This document shows, piece after piece, positions 8,898 to 17,554 of a stretch of 64,000 nt of DNA; position 1 is the stretch's first letter; every line of letters starts with the position of its first letter. The stretch comes from Candidatus Marinacidobacterium sp. (GTDB lineage Bacteria; Acidobacteriota; Vicinamibacteria; Marinacidobacterales; Marinacidobacteraceae): contig CBDCRI010000001.1 of assembly GCA_965220965.1 (NCBI GenBank), forward strand, positions 64,001 to 128,000. The letters run 5' to 3'. Made by a program: the position numbers and the translations under genes. Below the pieces are notes generated by a model. That model had not been told where the DNA came from, did not search any database, and worked only from the letters and a program-made list of their open reading frames with translations.

Positions 8898-9490
8898 GGG
8901 GAGGGCCTCCTCCGAGAGTACGCACTGTCCGGGTTGTAGCGGTGCACCGGGTCATTCGGGAACGGCCGGGGACGCGTGCATGGATGCGGCTTTTCCGGGT
9001 CGTCCGCCCACTGGTTAAGCCATGGACCGCATCCGTAGTCGCAGCCGTCAAACGCCTTCCAGAAGCATCGCGCCACCTCGAAGATCGGAAGCTGCGTGCC
9101 GGCGATCAGGCCGGGGAACACGTACTTCCGGCGCATGCCGCAGAAGGCCCAGGACAGGGACGCCTTGTCGAGGTCGGAGAACTCGCCCGTGTGGAACGCC
9201 CGCATCACGTCCTCCGGATGCGCCCTCCAGTCGTGGTTCATGCCCGCGCACTGCTTCGCCAGGAATCCGTTCAGGCTCCACAGCGGATCCCTCTCCGGAT
9301 CGGCGCCGAGCGCCTGCTTGAGAAGCGGGTGGTCGAAGTCCTCCAGCGGCCTGAGCGGCAGGAACATGACCGGGTCGTCGCAGGAGACGCAGCCGTCGGG
9401 CAGCAGGCACTCATCCACCAGTCCGCCGGGCGGAATGTACGGCACCTCCCAATCGGGCGCGGCAGGGGGGTTTCCGCGGGCTGGGCTCAT
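8894..9490 (-). CDS. Hypothetical Cys/Trp-rich protein, copy 1 (candidate AbiEii partner)
   Basis: 198 aa; the ATG overlaps the stop of the AbiEii-like gene. Confidence 0.8.
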   Translation of the reverse strand: MSPARGNPPAAPDWEVPYIPPGGLVDECLLPDGCVSCDDPVMFLPLRPLEDFDHPLLKQALGADPERDPLWSLNGFLAKQCAGMNHDWRAHPEDVMRAFHTGEFSDLDKASLSWAFCGMRRKYVFPGLIAGTQLPIFEVARCFWKAFDGCDYGCGPWLNQWADDPEKPHPCTRPRPFPNDPVHRYNPDSAYSRRRPSP

Positions 9491-10341
9491 GGGCTTGGCC
9501 CCCTGCCCGGCCGGGGCTTCGAAGGCATGGCGCCCCCGAGGCCGTCGTCGTTCGCGTAGTCCTCCGACTGGTCCGCCGGCACCGCAACGGGCAGCAGCCC
9601 GATGTCCCGGGCGGACACGGCATCGCCAATCCTGGATGCGATGCCCGGCAGGGGCACCGCCCACTTGGGGTCGACGATGGGCTTGTTGTCCCGTTGGTGC
9701 AGGTCGTGCGGCGCCTTTCGAAAGTTGGTGGCGATGCGGTCCTTGGCATCAGGCGGCATGACTTCCAGAACGCGGGCCAGAGGGCCAGGCGCCAACGCGG
9801 CGCTGACGCAGATGTCGTAGCAATCGCGTATGGGGATCGGCTCCTTGCCGTCATCTTTCCTTTTGTCAGCCACATACGCTCGGCCCGCGATCTTGCCCAG
9901 GAGCGTTTCCGTTATGGTGGCGGCGCGGATTCCGGTTCCGTTGACGATTTCGCGCATCGGCACGCGAGGGTCGGAGTAATGCATGTCAGCAATGGACCAT
10001 GGGGTCTTATCCGCGCACCATCCTTCCATGAACAGGCTTCTCGCCCCCAGGTTCAACCGGTCCGTTTCGACGCTTGCCCCCACCTCAATGATGGCGTCGT
10101 AGAGCATTGCGTAAAGGAGCCTTCCCTTTTCCGCGTAGGCAGCCCGAAGCAGATCGTTTGCAATGAAGAAGTCCAAGTCCGTTGAAAGCCGGTGGTCCCA
10201 TCGGGCCTCAAGAACGGTTCCGCCGCCCAAGGCCACGTTGCCCTCCGGAAAGACGGACAGCATGGCACTGGACAATTCCGCGAACGATTCGCGCATCCGC
10301 TCCGGCAGTTCGACGTTGACTGTTTCAAGGGCCAACGGCAC
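9487..10341 (-). CDS. AbiEii/AbiGii-family nucleotidyltransferase toxin
   Basis: LGGGTVLEARWDHRLSTDLDFF, K..R, RDCYDI. Start uncertain (GTG 10341 or TTG 10335). TACAAT at 10375-10380. Confidence 0.85.
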   Translation of the reverse strand: MPLALETVNVELPERMRESFAELSSAMLSVFPEGNVALGGGTVLEARWDHRLSTDLDFFIANDLLRAAYAEKGRLLYAMLYDAIIEVGASVETDRLNLGARSLFMEGWCADKTPWSIADMHYSDPRVPMREIVNGTGIRAATITETLLGKIAGRAYVADKRKDDGKEPIPIRDCYDICVSAALAPGPLARVLEVMPPDAKDRIATNFRKAPHDLHQRDNKPIVDPKWAVPLPGIASRIGDAVSARDIGLLPVAVPADQSEDYANDDGLGGAMPSKPRPGRGPSP

Positions 10342-10799
10342 ACACTCCACTCTTTTGAAATGGCTGATGCTTGGATTGTACCCTGTGTTGCCGCTTTTCG
10401 CCGCCCCCTCCCAGCATCGAGGGACTCGCGGATGCTCGGAGGGGCAAGCCAGCCTTCGCCCAGTGCTCCTTGACCTTCCGCCCCTTCGTCCGGACGGACA
10501 TGGGCGGAAAGCTTCGTGGCGCCGCGAAAGCCGAAAGCGGCTCCTTCTTTGTGCGCTCCACCCAAAACAGGGTGACGGGTTCAAATCCTTGAGGCTTTGT
10601 CGTGGCTGGCCTCAACTCACTCCGCCAAAACGCATTCCGGCCGCCCCTCCTCGGCAGCGGCCCGTCGCACAATGCGCCCGACCGAGACGCCCGCATCACA
10701 TCGGTGCTGCGGGAGAGGCCGCCAATGCGGCAGCAAAACCCAACGCGAAATCAATGGGATGACGGAGTCAGAACGGATTGGAGGCAAGCGCGGCTGCGC

Positions 10800-12188
10800 C
10801 TATGGACCGCGGTGGTGGGTGAGCCGCAACGGGGGCGGCGGCAGCTTGGGCGGCGGGGGAGGGACGGCATCGCCCGTGACGGACGCCTTGCCGGCGAACG
10901 CGCGCACGGCGGCGTCGATGCGCCTGAACCGGCCCAGATCGCCTGCGGTCAGCTCCCCTTGGCGCACAAAGTCCCAACCCTTGGGGCTGCCAATGGTCAG
11001 GAAGCGCCGGCCGGCCTCGTCGAGCGCCGCCTTGCGCCGCAACTCCCGCAGCAGGCTGTCCAGCCGAAGCCTGCAAATCCACATTGCGTCGCGGGCCTCC
11101 TGGCCAGGCCCGTCCAGCGCATCGCGCGCGCCCTCGGCAAGCCGCTCGAGCATCGGGGCGTGCAGTGCGCGCAGGGCTTGGGCCAACGCGTCCGCCGTGT
11201 CCGCTTGGGCGAGCGTCGGGCCCAGGGCGTCGCCGGGCTCGATGTCGGCGGGGGCCGCTGAAGGCGGCATTCTCCTGCGGCGGCGAAGCCTGGGCAGCAT
11301 CTCGACGAAGTCCGTCCCCAAGCAGGCCAAGGCGACCAGAAACGCGCCCACGTCGAGCCCTCGCGTCCGCAGGGCGCCCGAGGCCACGGCCTCCAGCGCC
11401 CCGGCAAGGCCGCCGGGGTGCGCCGCCGCCGGGCCGCCCGTCCCGGCCTCGAAGTCCGCGAGGCCCTCGATGGCGTCAACAAGCCCGGAGGAGATCGTGC
11501 CGTGCATGGCGCGGGCCTCAGGGTCGCGGCTCTTCGGCAAGCCTCCGGGCAACTCCCCCAAGTAGGTCGACAGCCGCCCGTCCAAGTCGTGCTCGAGAAG
11601 CGCCTCAAGCCGGGACAGCAGCAGCCCCTCGCCCACCGCCTGCGGACTGACCGCTCCCGCTCCGGCGGCCCGGCGCGCCCAGAGGGCATCCAGAAGGCCC
11701 CGCAACAGGAACAGGGCCCGCCCGGCCCACAGGTCCTTGGCCCCACTCCACCTGCGCTGCGGCCCGCGGGCGAGCGCCGCCTGCTGAAGACCCTGCGGAT
11801 CGTCATCGGAGCCGTCGTCGGGGCCGACCAAGGCGGCCACCCAGTGCCGGACGCAGTCCGGGGCCTGGCGTTGGCAAAGCGCTGGAGAGGCCGATGGAAT
11901 CGGCGCCATGATCTCAGCGAGGGAGGCGCCCTGACGCAAGCTGGCCTCCACGCCCATCGCCCAAACGTCCGCCAGCCGGTCGCAGGCCCGTTCGCGGGCC
12001 GCTTCCGGCGCGGCGGGCTGGGCCTTGCGGTAGTCCTCCGCGATCTCGGCGCACTCGATCCACAGCGCCTCCGGGTAGCGGTCCGGCCCGATGGGCGCCC
12101 AGCGCCAGCGGGAGGCTGAGGGCGGACCCGAGCGGCGCAGCGCCTCGCCCATCTGGGCCAGGGCGTCGCTCAGGCGTGAGTCGCGCAT
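10800..12188 (-). CDS. Protein containing a DotL/IcmO all-alpha-domain-like segment, no ATPase motifs
   Basis: DLWAGRALFLL..LSTYLGELPG..EARAMHG aligns with DMWKGRASAML..LRRYLAELPN..EAVRQHG of the IcmO at 56930. Confidence 0.65.
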   Translation of the reverse strand: MRDSRLSDALAQMGEALRRSGPPSASRWRWAPIGPDRYPEALWIECAEIAEDYRKAQPAAPEAARERACDRLADVWAMGVEASLRQGASLAEIMAPIPSASPALCQRQAPDCVRHWVAALVGPDDGSDDDPQGLQQAALARGPQRRWSGAKDLWAGRALFLLRGLLDALWARRAAGAGAVSPQAVGEGLLLSRLEALLEHDLDGRLSTYLGELPGGLPKSRDPEARAMHGTISSGLVDAIEGLADFEAGTGGPAAAHPGGLAGALEAVASGALRTRGLDVGAFLVALACLGTDFVEMLPRLRRRRRMPPSAAPADIEPGDALGPTLAQADTADALAQALRALHAPMLERLAEGARDALDGPGQEARDAMWICRLRLDSLLRELRRKAALDEAGRRFLTIGSPKGWDFVRQGELTAGDLGRFRRIDAAVRAFAGKASVTGDAVPPPPPKLPPPPLRLTHHRGP

Positions 12189-12261
12189 GCGTCACGCCTC
12201 CCCGTCGGGGTGGACCAAGGCCGCCCGGCGGGCTTGGGTTCGACAGGGTTTGACGTCCAGC

Positions 12262-12504
12262 TCACAAATCCCCGTTTTTTCTCAGGAATTGAATCCAGCG
12301 GACGGTGACGATGATCCAGGTCATCACGTTGACCAGCAGCACCACAAAAACACCGCCTGCAATGAACTGCCAAACCTCAAGGTCGCCGAACGCGAAACCG
12401 AAGGAGGCGATCACGGCAAATCCCGCCAAGGCGTCCCGAAAGGCCGGGGCGTAGGTGTGCCAATGCGCGCGGTACAGGAAGACCACCGCTTTCAGCAACT
12501 CCAA
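12262..12504 (-). CDS. Small membrane protein
   Basis: 80 aa with two hydrophobic segments; TTG start after a purine-rich RBS. Confidence 0.55.
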   Translation of the reverse strand: MELLKAVVFLYRAHWHTYAPAFRDALAGFAVIASFGFAFGDLEVWQFIAGGVFVVLLVNVMTWIIVTVRWIQFLRKNGDL

Positions 12505-12525
12505 TTCCTGCTCCCTGCGGGCTGC

Positions 12526-12819
12526 TCATGGCCGGACGCATTTGCCGCCGGCAAAACGGGATTCCGGCCGCCCATCGGCTCCGGCCTTGCGCAAGCTTTC
12601 GGCGGTCGGCGCCCCTTCGGCCAATGACACGTCAAGCCCCACGGGACCGCCCTCGAAGATGCAGGTTGGCGCAAGGCCCCGCTCCAGAAGCGGCGCAACC
12701 GCTTGGCCGGCGGGGCCTCGGATGTCGAGGTCCGGGAGCGGGAGGCCGCCGAGCATGGCGGCGGGGAGGCCAGCCGGCAGCCACCGCAGCCTTGCGGTCA
12801 TCAGGCTAGAGGCGTTCAT
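12526..12819 (-). CDS. Hypothetical protein
   Basis: ATG 12819 lies downstream of TATAAT (12860-12865, minus). Confidence 0.4.
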   Translation of the reverse strand: MNASSLMTARLRWLPAGLPAAMLGGLPLPDLDIRGPAGQAVAPLLERGLAPTCIFEGGPVGLDVSLAEGAPTAESLRKAGADGRPESRFAGGKCVRP

Positions 12820-12932
12820 GGACAGGCGCGTGTTCCGCTCGGCGCTTGAAACGCTCCGTATTATACCCCACTTGCCTGATTCGCCTCTCCGTGCCGGGCT
12901 AAGGCGTTGGCCGGAGGGGGCGGGGATGCGAC

Positions 12933-13082
12933 CAAGCCCGCGGGCGCCTTGGGATTGGAAATAAAAAGGGGGGGGTACGGCAATGTACTGAAACCGCTGG
13001 GCGGAAGGCAATGTTTGGTCATTCTCAACTTACTGTTTTATATGCGCAAATTCGCGTTTTGCCACCCAGAATCAGTAACGGC
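12933..13082 (+). repeat. Structured non-coding element, copy B
   Basis: Diverged direct repeat of 8080-8230 with nested inverted repeats. Confidence 0.75.
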
Positions 13083-13292
13083 CTGGGAGTTTTCCAATGG
13101 TGGGGCGAAACGCCAGACGCCCCTTGGCGCTCGAGGAATTTGGGGGAGGCGCCCCTTCGAGACGTGGGCGGGCACGCCTTGCGTGCGGCTGCGCAGCCTG
13201 GCATGCTGCCTCCTCAAGAAGCCGCCATGAGCAGGATGGCTTGTTCACCTTACTCTCCGTCCGTGACGATGCGCGCCCCACCCGACAACGAA

Positions 13293-13529
13293 ATGTCCCG
13301 CCCCCCTGCATCCGGGCAGGCCGTTCGCGAGTTTGAAGCGGCGCACAAACGACACGTCATGCAAGTCGTGGCCGATGCCGCAGGCCCCATGCCGCATGGG
13401 TGGAACTGGGAACGACTGCTTCGCCAAGCTGACGAGGCGTTGGCCGAGGAAACCCTTCAAAAGCATGTGTCATCGGGATTCAGCGCCTTTCTCCACCAGC
13501 GCGCGGCCGAAGAGGCGATGAAGGAATAG
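13293..13529 (+). CDS. Small helical protein, putative antitoxin (start uncertain)
   Basis: Stops 2 nt before the PIN-like gene. Confidence 0.5.
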   Translation: MSRPPASGQAVREFEAAHKRHVMQVVADAAGPMPHGWNWERLLRQADEALAEETLQKHVSSGFSAFLHQRAAEEAMKE

Positions 13530-13531
13530 CC

Positions 13532-14485
13532 ATGCGACCGGAGCGCCCCAACAGTGCGCCCCGCCTGACCTGCGAGACAACGCTGGCCTCAGTGCCGAGC
13601 ATTCGCGCCTTCTGGGCAACCCTGCTTGAGGACATAGGGCAGCCCTACACGCTGGTGCCAACCGTCGCCGATGAGGTTCTGCGGCGCGAACGCCTGAACG
13701 CGACCCATGAATGGGAGCGACGCCTCAAGTGGCTGAACCGAGAGCATCCGCAGGCGTCTTGGGGAAGGACCGACATCCGCTGCTTGGCCACCCTGGCAGG
13801 CGCGACGGCACGAGATCACCTTCGCAAGCAGATGCAAATCCGGGAAGGCCCCTACCACATCGATCAAGCATCCCATCGCGAAAGGCAGGATGTGGTTGAA
13901 CTGGAGTCCCGCATCTCTGATGTCATGGACGACAGGATGTTCGACCAGGAGTCCAAGAACTGGCTGGCCGACCGAGAGATCGTCATTCAGGCCATGGCGC
14001 GCGGATACGACATTCTTGCGACCAACAACGTCCGAACCATCACCCATTCAATCTTCCGCCACTGGATCGCCAAAGGGGAAGGCGCCAGCCTTGGCTTGAG
14101 CACGTCCATCATGGAGCCGCCCCAAGCGGAGGAGGCGCTTCGCCTCGGCCATGACAAGCCCCTGGAGTGGGCCGGCCACATGGCCATGCGGGCTTGCGTC
14201 ACAAACCCTGACGATGAGCTGTCCGCTTTCGTTGAGATCGCCCGCTTCACCAAGGACTTTGGGGAGCGCGGCATGCTTCCAGTGGCCAACCTGATTCAAA
14301 AGGTTCTGGACAGCAAGGACACCCTGCAGGCGGGCCTCGACCAGCTCCGCAGGAGGGGCCTTAGTTCAGCCGGGCGTTACGAAGCGGCCAAAGCCGCTGC
14401 GGTGACCGGCGGGATTAGCAAGCAAACAGGGCTTCCCGCAGCGGATGTCGCCGCCTCCTCGAAAGCGCTCTCCCCATCCTTCTAG
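13532..14485 (+). CDS. PIN-domain-like protein (putative toxin)
   Basis: LTCETT, VPTVADEV, DREIVIQA, ILATNNVRT: spacing of PIN acidic and TxN motifs. Confidence 0.6.
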   Translation: MRPERPNSAPRLTCETTLASVPSIRAFWATLLEDIGQPYTLVPTVADEVLRRERLNATHEWERRLKWLNREHPQASWGRTDIRCLATLAGATARDHLRKQMQIREGPYHIDQASHRERQDVVELESRISDVMDDRMFDQESKNWLADREIVIQAMARGYDILATNNVRTITHSIFRHWIAKGEGASLGLSTSIMEPPQAEEALRLGHDKPLEWAGHMAMRACVTNPDDELSAFVEIARFTKDFGERGMLPVANLIQKVLDSKDTLQAGLDQLRRRGLSSAGRYEAAKAAAVTGGISKQTGLPAADVAASSKALSPSF

Positions 14486-14635
14486 AGCAAGGCGCACTGC
14501 GGATCCTGACTGACGCCCCTCCTGGCGCAGCGGGGCCTCGCAAACCGTCGAGCCGGCGGATGCACCGACCTCCAGCAGGCTCCCAACACAAACGGGAGCG
14601 CGGCCCTGCGGGGAGGCGCCCGGCGGCCCCGGCCC

Positions 14636-15781
14636 CTAGGGACTCGGCGCCGCGCGCCGGGGCAGCTTGGAGAGTCCGCTGCGCACCGCGGCCGCCGCGA
14701 TCTGGACCGCCATCTCCACCAGCTGGGCCAGCTGCTGCGCGATGTAGGCCTCCATCGTCGTCGGCGGCGGCTCCGGCAAGGGCGCGGGGCCGACCGCCTC
14801 CAGCACCTTGCCGGTCCGGTCCAAGGCCCGGCCGGCGCGCGACCTCAAGGCGTCCTCCGCCTGCTCCGACATCCAGGGACGCTCCGCCTGCCGGGCGACG
14901 TCCGCCCAGTGCAGGAGCCCGCGGACGTCCGCGGCCCTGCGGCGCAGGGTGGCGATGCGCCCGTCATGGGCGCCGATCGGCGCCCGCTTGAGCAGGGCCT
15001 CCAGCACCCCCTCCAGCTTCTCGATGCGCCTTTCCAGCTTCGCCGCGTCCCCCTTCAGGCCCTTGGAGTAGGCGGCCGCCGCGTCCTCCATGTCGTGCCG
15101 GACGCCCTCCAGCCGGGGGGCGACCTTGGCCAGCGCCGTTCCGGGCGCCTCCTGCAGCACGGCTTGCGCCCGCTGAGCCTTCGCGAGCCTTTCGTTGAGC
15201 CGCTCGCGCTCGACGCCGGACTCGGGCGGCGCGATGGAGGGCAGGTCGAGCGACTCGAGCTCGGCCGTGGCCTGCTCGACCAAGTCGTCGTCCCGCTGCG
15301 CCCGCTCGGCCGCGGTGGCCTTGGGCAGCCGGGCGGCGTCGACGCCGGCCCGCTCGGCCGCCTCCCGGTCCATGTGCCGCCGGTGCAGCGCCCGGTCCCC
15401 GTCCAGGTAGGCCTTGTGGGGGGCGCCGTCGTAGCGCACCCACTGGCCGCCCTCCGGCCACTGGCCGCACACGTAGTTCGGCTGGGCCCCCGGCCCCTCG
15501 CCGCTGATGTCGCCGTAATCCTCGACCGGCTCGCAGCCGTCGAGCCGGACCTTCATGCGGGGCCTTCCGCCCCCGCGCAGCACGGCCTCGAAAATCTGCT
15601 GGTGGGTCAGCATCTCGCCTTCCAGCGCCTCGACGGCCTTGCGGATCGGATGCCCAGGGCCGAACCGGTTGCTGCGCAGCCGGCTCACGACGCGCGCCCG
15701 CTCCACCGCGCCCCCGGGCTTCGACGCCCATTCGCGCATGCCCTGCGTGAACCTCTCCAGGTCCGCCTTGCCGCCGCTCAC
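14636..15781 (-). CDS. Hypothetical protein with coiled-coil C-terminal half
   Basis: 381-aa ORF, GTGA-coupled; ends RRAAPSP. Confidence 0.75.
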   Translation of the reverse strand: MSGGKADLERFTQGMREWASKPGGAVERARVVSRLRSNRFGPGHPIRKAVEALEGEMLTHQQIFEAVLRGGGRPRMKVRLDGCEPVEDYGDISGEGPGAQPNYVCGQWPEGGQWVRYDGAPHKAYLDGDRALHRRHMDREAAERAGVDAARLPKATAAERAQRDDDLVEQATAELESLDLPSIAPPESGVERERLNERLAKAQRAQAVLQEAPGTALAKVAPRLEGVRHDMEDAAAAYSKGLKGDAAKLERRIEKLEGVLEALLKRAPIGAHDGRIATLRRRAADVRGLLHWADVARQAERPWMSEQAEDALRSRAGRALDRTGKVLEAVGPAPLPEPPPTTMEAYIAQQLAQLVEMAVQIAAAAVRSGLSKLPRRAAPSP

Positions 15782-16878
15782 GGGGCCATCGCCTGCGGCT
15801 GGGGGGCGGTCGCCGCGGCGTCCATGCCGAGGCTCAGGGCGTCGCCGATGGGAGCGCCCATGGCGTGGATTGCGGAGAGCAGCTCGCTCGCCCCGTCGCG
15901 CGTCCTCGCGCAGCGCAGGGCGATCGGCGTGGCGAGGAAGTCCTGGGTGCGCCGCAGCCCGGCCAGCGGCGATTGGTGCCAGCGCTCGTCCAACCAGATC
16001 TTTTCGACTTTCGAGGGCGCCTCGCGGACCATCGCCGAGGTCATGTCGCTGTTCGTGCGCGGGCCCGCCGCCACCCGGAAGGCGGGCAGGGCGTGCAGCG
16101 TGACGTCATCGCGGTCGAGCATCTTCTTGAGCCGTCCGTTCCGGCGCTCGGCCGCCTCGCGCAGGGCCTGCGCCGGCGTGGTGCAGAGCCCGGAGTCGCG
16201 GTCGTAGCGGATCCACGCGGAGACGCAGGCATCCCGGCGGTAGCGCCCCTGGAAGACGGGCCTCAGGATCACGCCGCCGTAGCGGCCGCGCACCGAGGCG
16301 CGCTCGAGGAACGTCTGGATGCGCCCGCCGGCGACGAAGTCGGACTTGACCACGACCTTGGCCAGGTCCGGGCGCAGCACCACCGCGGAGAACCGGTAGC
16401 GCTCCCCGTGGCGGGCGGCGCGCCCCGAGGCGGGCGTCCCGTCCGGGCCCGGAGGCGCCGGGTCCGCGTCCTCCGCGCGCCATGCCGAGACGTCGAGGTA
16501 GCCGGTCCCGAACACGGGCAGCGGGTCGAGCTCGTCGCTGCGCAGCACCGACATCCAGCCGGCGCTGACCATCCCCGGCGCCTGCTCCGTGCAGCGCTCG
16601 CACAGCAGCACGCCGCGGGGGGCGGCGGCGCTGTTGTCGGGCGAGGCCAGGCAGGGGTTCTTGGCGCGCCGGCCGGTGTCGGCGAGGCGCTCCACGCTCG
16701 GCAGCTCGCCCTTGCCGCTCGCCACCTGCTTCCTCAGGAGGCCCGGAACCTCCAGCCGCACCGCCACCTGGTTGCCCATCGCGTCGACGCCGAAGGCCTC
16801 CCCGCGGGCGACGTCGTACCCGCGCGGGTAAACGACCAGGGAGCCGATCCTGCGGGGCTCGGCGGCGATCCCGCTCAT
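15778..16878 (-). CDS. Hypothetical protein
   Basis: ATG 16878 overlaps the upstream stop; globular composition. Confidence 0.75.
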   Translation of the reverse strand: MSGIAAEPRRIGSLVVYPRGYDVARGEAFGVDAMGNQVAVRLEVPGLLRKQVASGKGELPSVERLADTGRRAKNPCLASPDNSAAAPRGVLLCERCTEQAPGMVSAGWMSVLRSDELDPLPVFGTGYLDVSAWRAEDADPAPPGPDGTPASGRAARHGERYRFSAVVLRPDLAKVVVKSDFVAGGRIQTFLERASVRGRYGGVILRPVFQGRYRRDACVSAWIRYDRDSGLCTTPAQALREAAERRNGRLKKMLDRDDVTLHALPAFRVAAGPRTNSDMTSAMVREAPSKVEKIWLDERWHQSPLAGLRRTQDFLATPIALRCARTRDGASELLSAIHAMGAPIGDALSLGMDAAATAPQPQAMAP

Positions 16879-17477
16879 CGGCGCCCCCACCGGTAGCCGG
16901 CCATGCGCGCGTCGATCCAGGCGGAGCACGCGCGGGCGCTCCGCTCCACGGCCTTCGGAAGCAGCTCTCCCATCGCCCAGGCCATCTTCCGCGCCAAGGC
17001 CAGCTGCTTGGGCGAAGGCGGCCTCGGCGCGGCCTTGAAGTCCTCCTCGTGGGCGTCGAGGAACGCCTTGCAGGCGGCCCGGTCGGCCCTCGCCCCCTCG
17101 GGCAGGTCCAGCGACAGGCGGGCGGCGACGCGCTCCGCGAATTCCAGCATCCGCTCGCTCGGGGCGCCGTCGGCGGCGTCCTTGTGCGCCTCGATGAACG
17201 CCCTGCAGGCGTTGCCGTCGGCCTCGGCCCCCTCGGGCAGCGGAACCCCGCTGCGCTCCGCCAGGTCGCGGGCGAAGCCGAGCATCCGCTCGGTGGGCGC
17301 CCAGGGCGCGCCGGAGGCGTCCCCGCCCCGGCGCGCGTCGATGAACGCGGAGCAGGCCCGGGCGCTTAGCAGCGCCTCCTCGGGCAGGTCGGCGCCGGCG
17401 GCCTCGGCGAGGCTGTGGGCGTATGCGAGCTGCCTTTCGCTCGGGGGGCGCGGTTGGTCTTTCTGCGTGCCGTCCAT
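16875..17477 (-). CDS. Four-repeat protein resembling C-terminal repeats of plasmid type IA topoisomerases
   Basis: P(S/T)xxxLxxA..LA.....LP......ACxA(F/W)(I/L) repeated four times. Confidence 0.7.
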   Translation of the reverse strand: MDGTQKDQPRPPSERQLAYAHSLAEAAGADLPEEALLSARACSAFIDARRGGDASGAPWAPTERMLGFARDLAERSGVPLPEGAEADGNACRAFIEAHKDAADGAPSERMLEFAERVAARLSLDLPEGARADRAACKAFLDAHEEDFKAAPRPPSPKQLALARKMAWAMGELLPKAVERSARACSAWIDARMAGYRWGRR

Positions 17478-17554
17478 GTCGGGCAACCTTGTGGCCTGCA
17501 TGGATTCTACAATCCGCGGGGCAATTGGTTCCGCGGCGGGGAGGAGGCTGGCGG

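Larger units (their letters stand above)
8300..9493. repeat. 593-bp tandem duplication of one gene
   Basis: CTCATGGG recurs at 8300, 8893 and 9486; the two units are near-identical. Confidence 0.95.

Noticed and set aside
8300-9493. Tandem repeat as a CRISPR array or IS ends
   Set aside because: It is a whole-gene duplication. There is no short repeat-spacer periodicity, cas gene or transposase in the window.
10577-10588. GGGTTCAAATCC, resembling a tRNA T-loop or att site
   Set aside because: The T-stem is incomplete and no acceptor or anticodon arms can be built.
13031-13050. TACTGTTTTATATG as a LexA/SOS box
   Set aside because: The second half-site (ACAG) is absent in both repeat copies.
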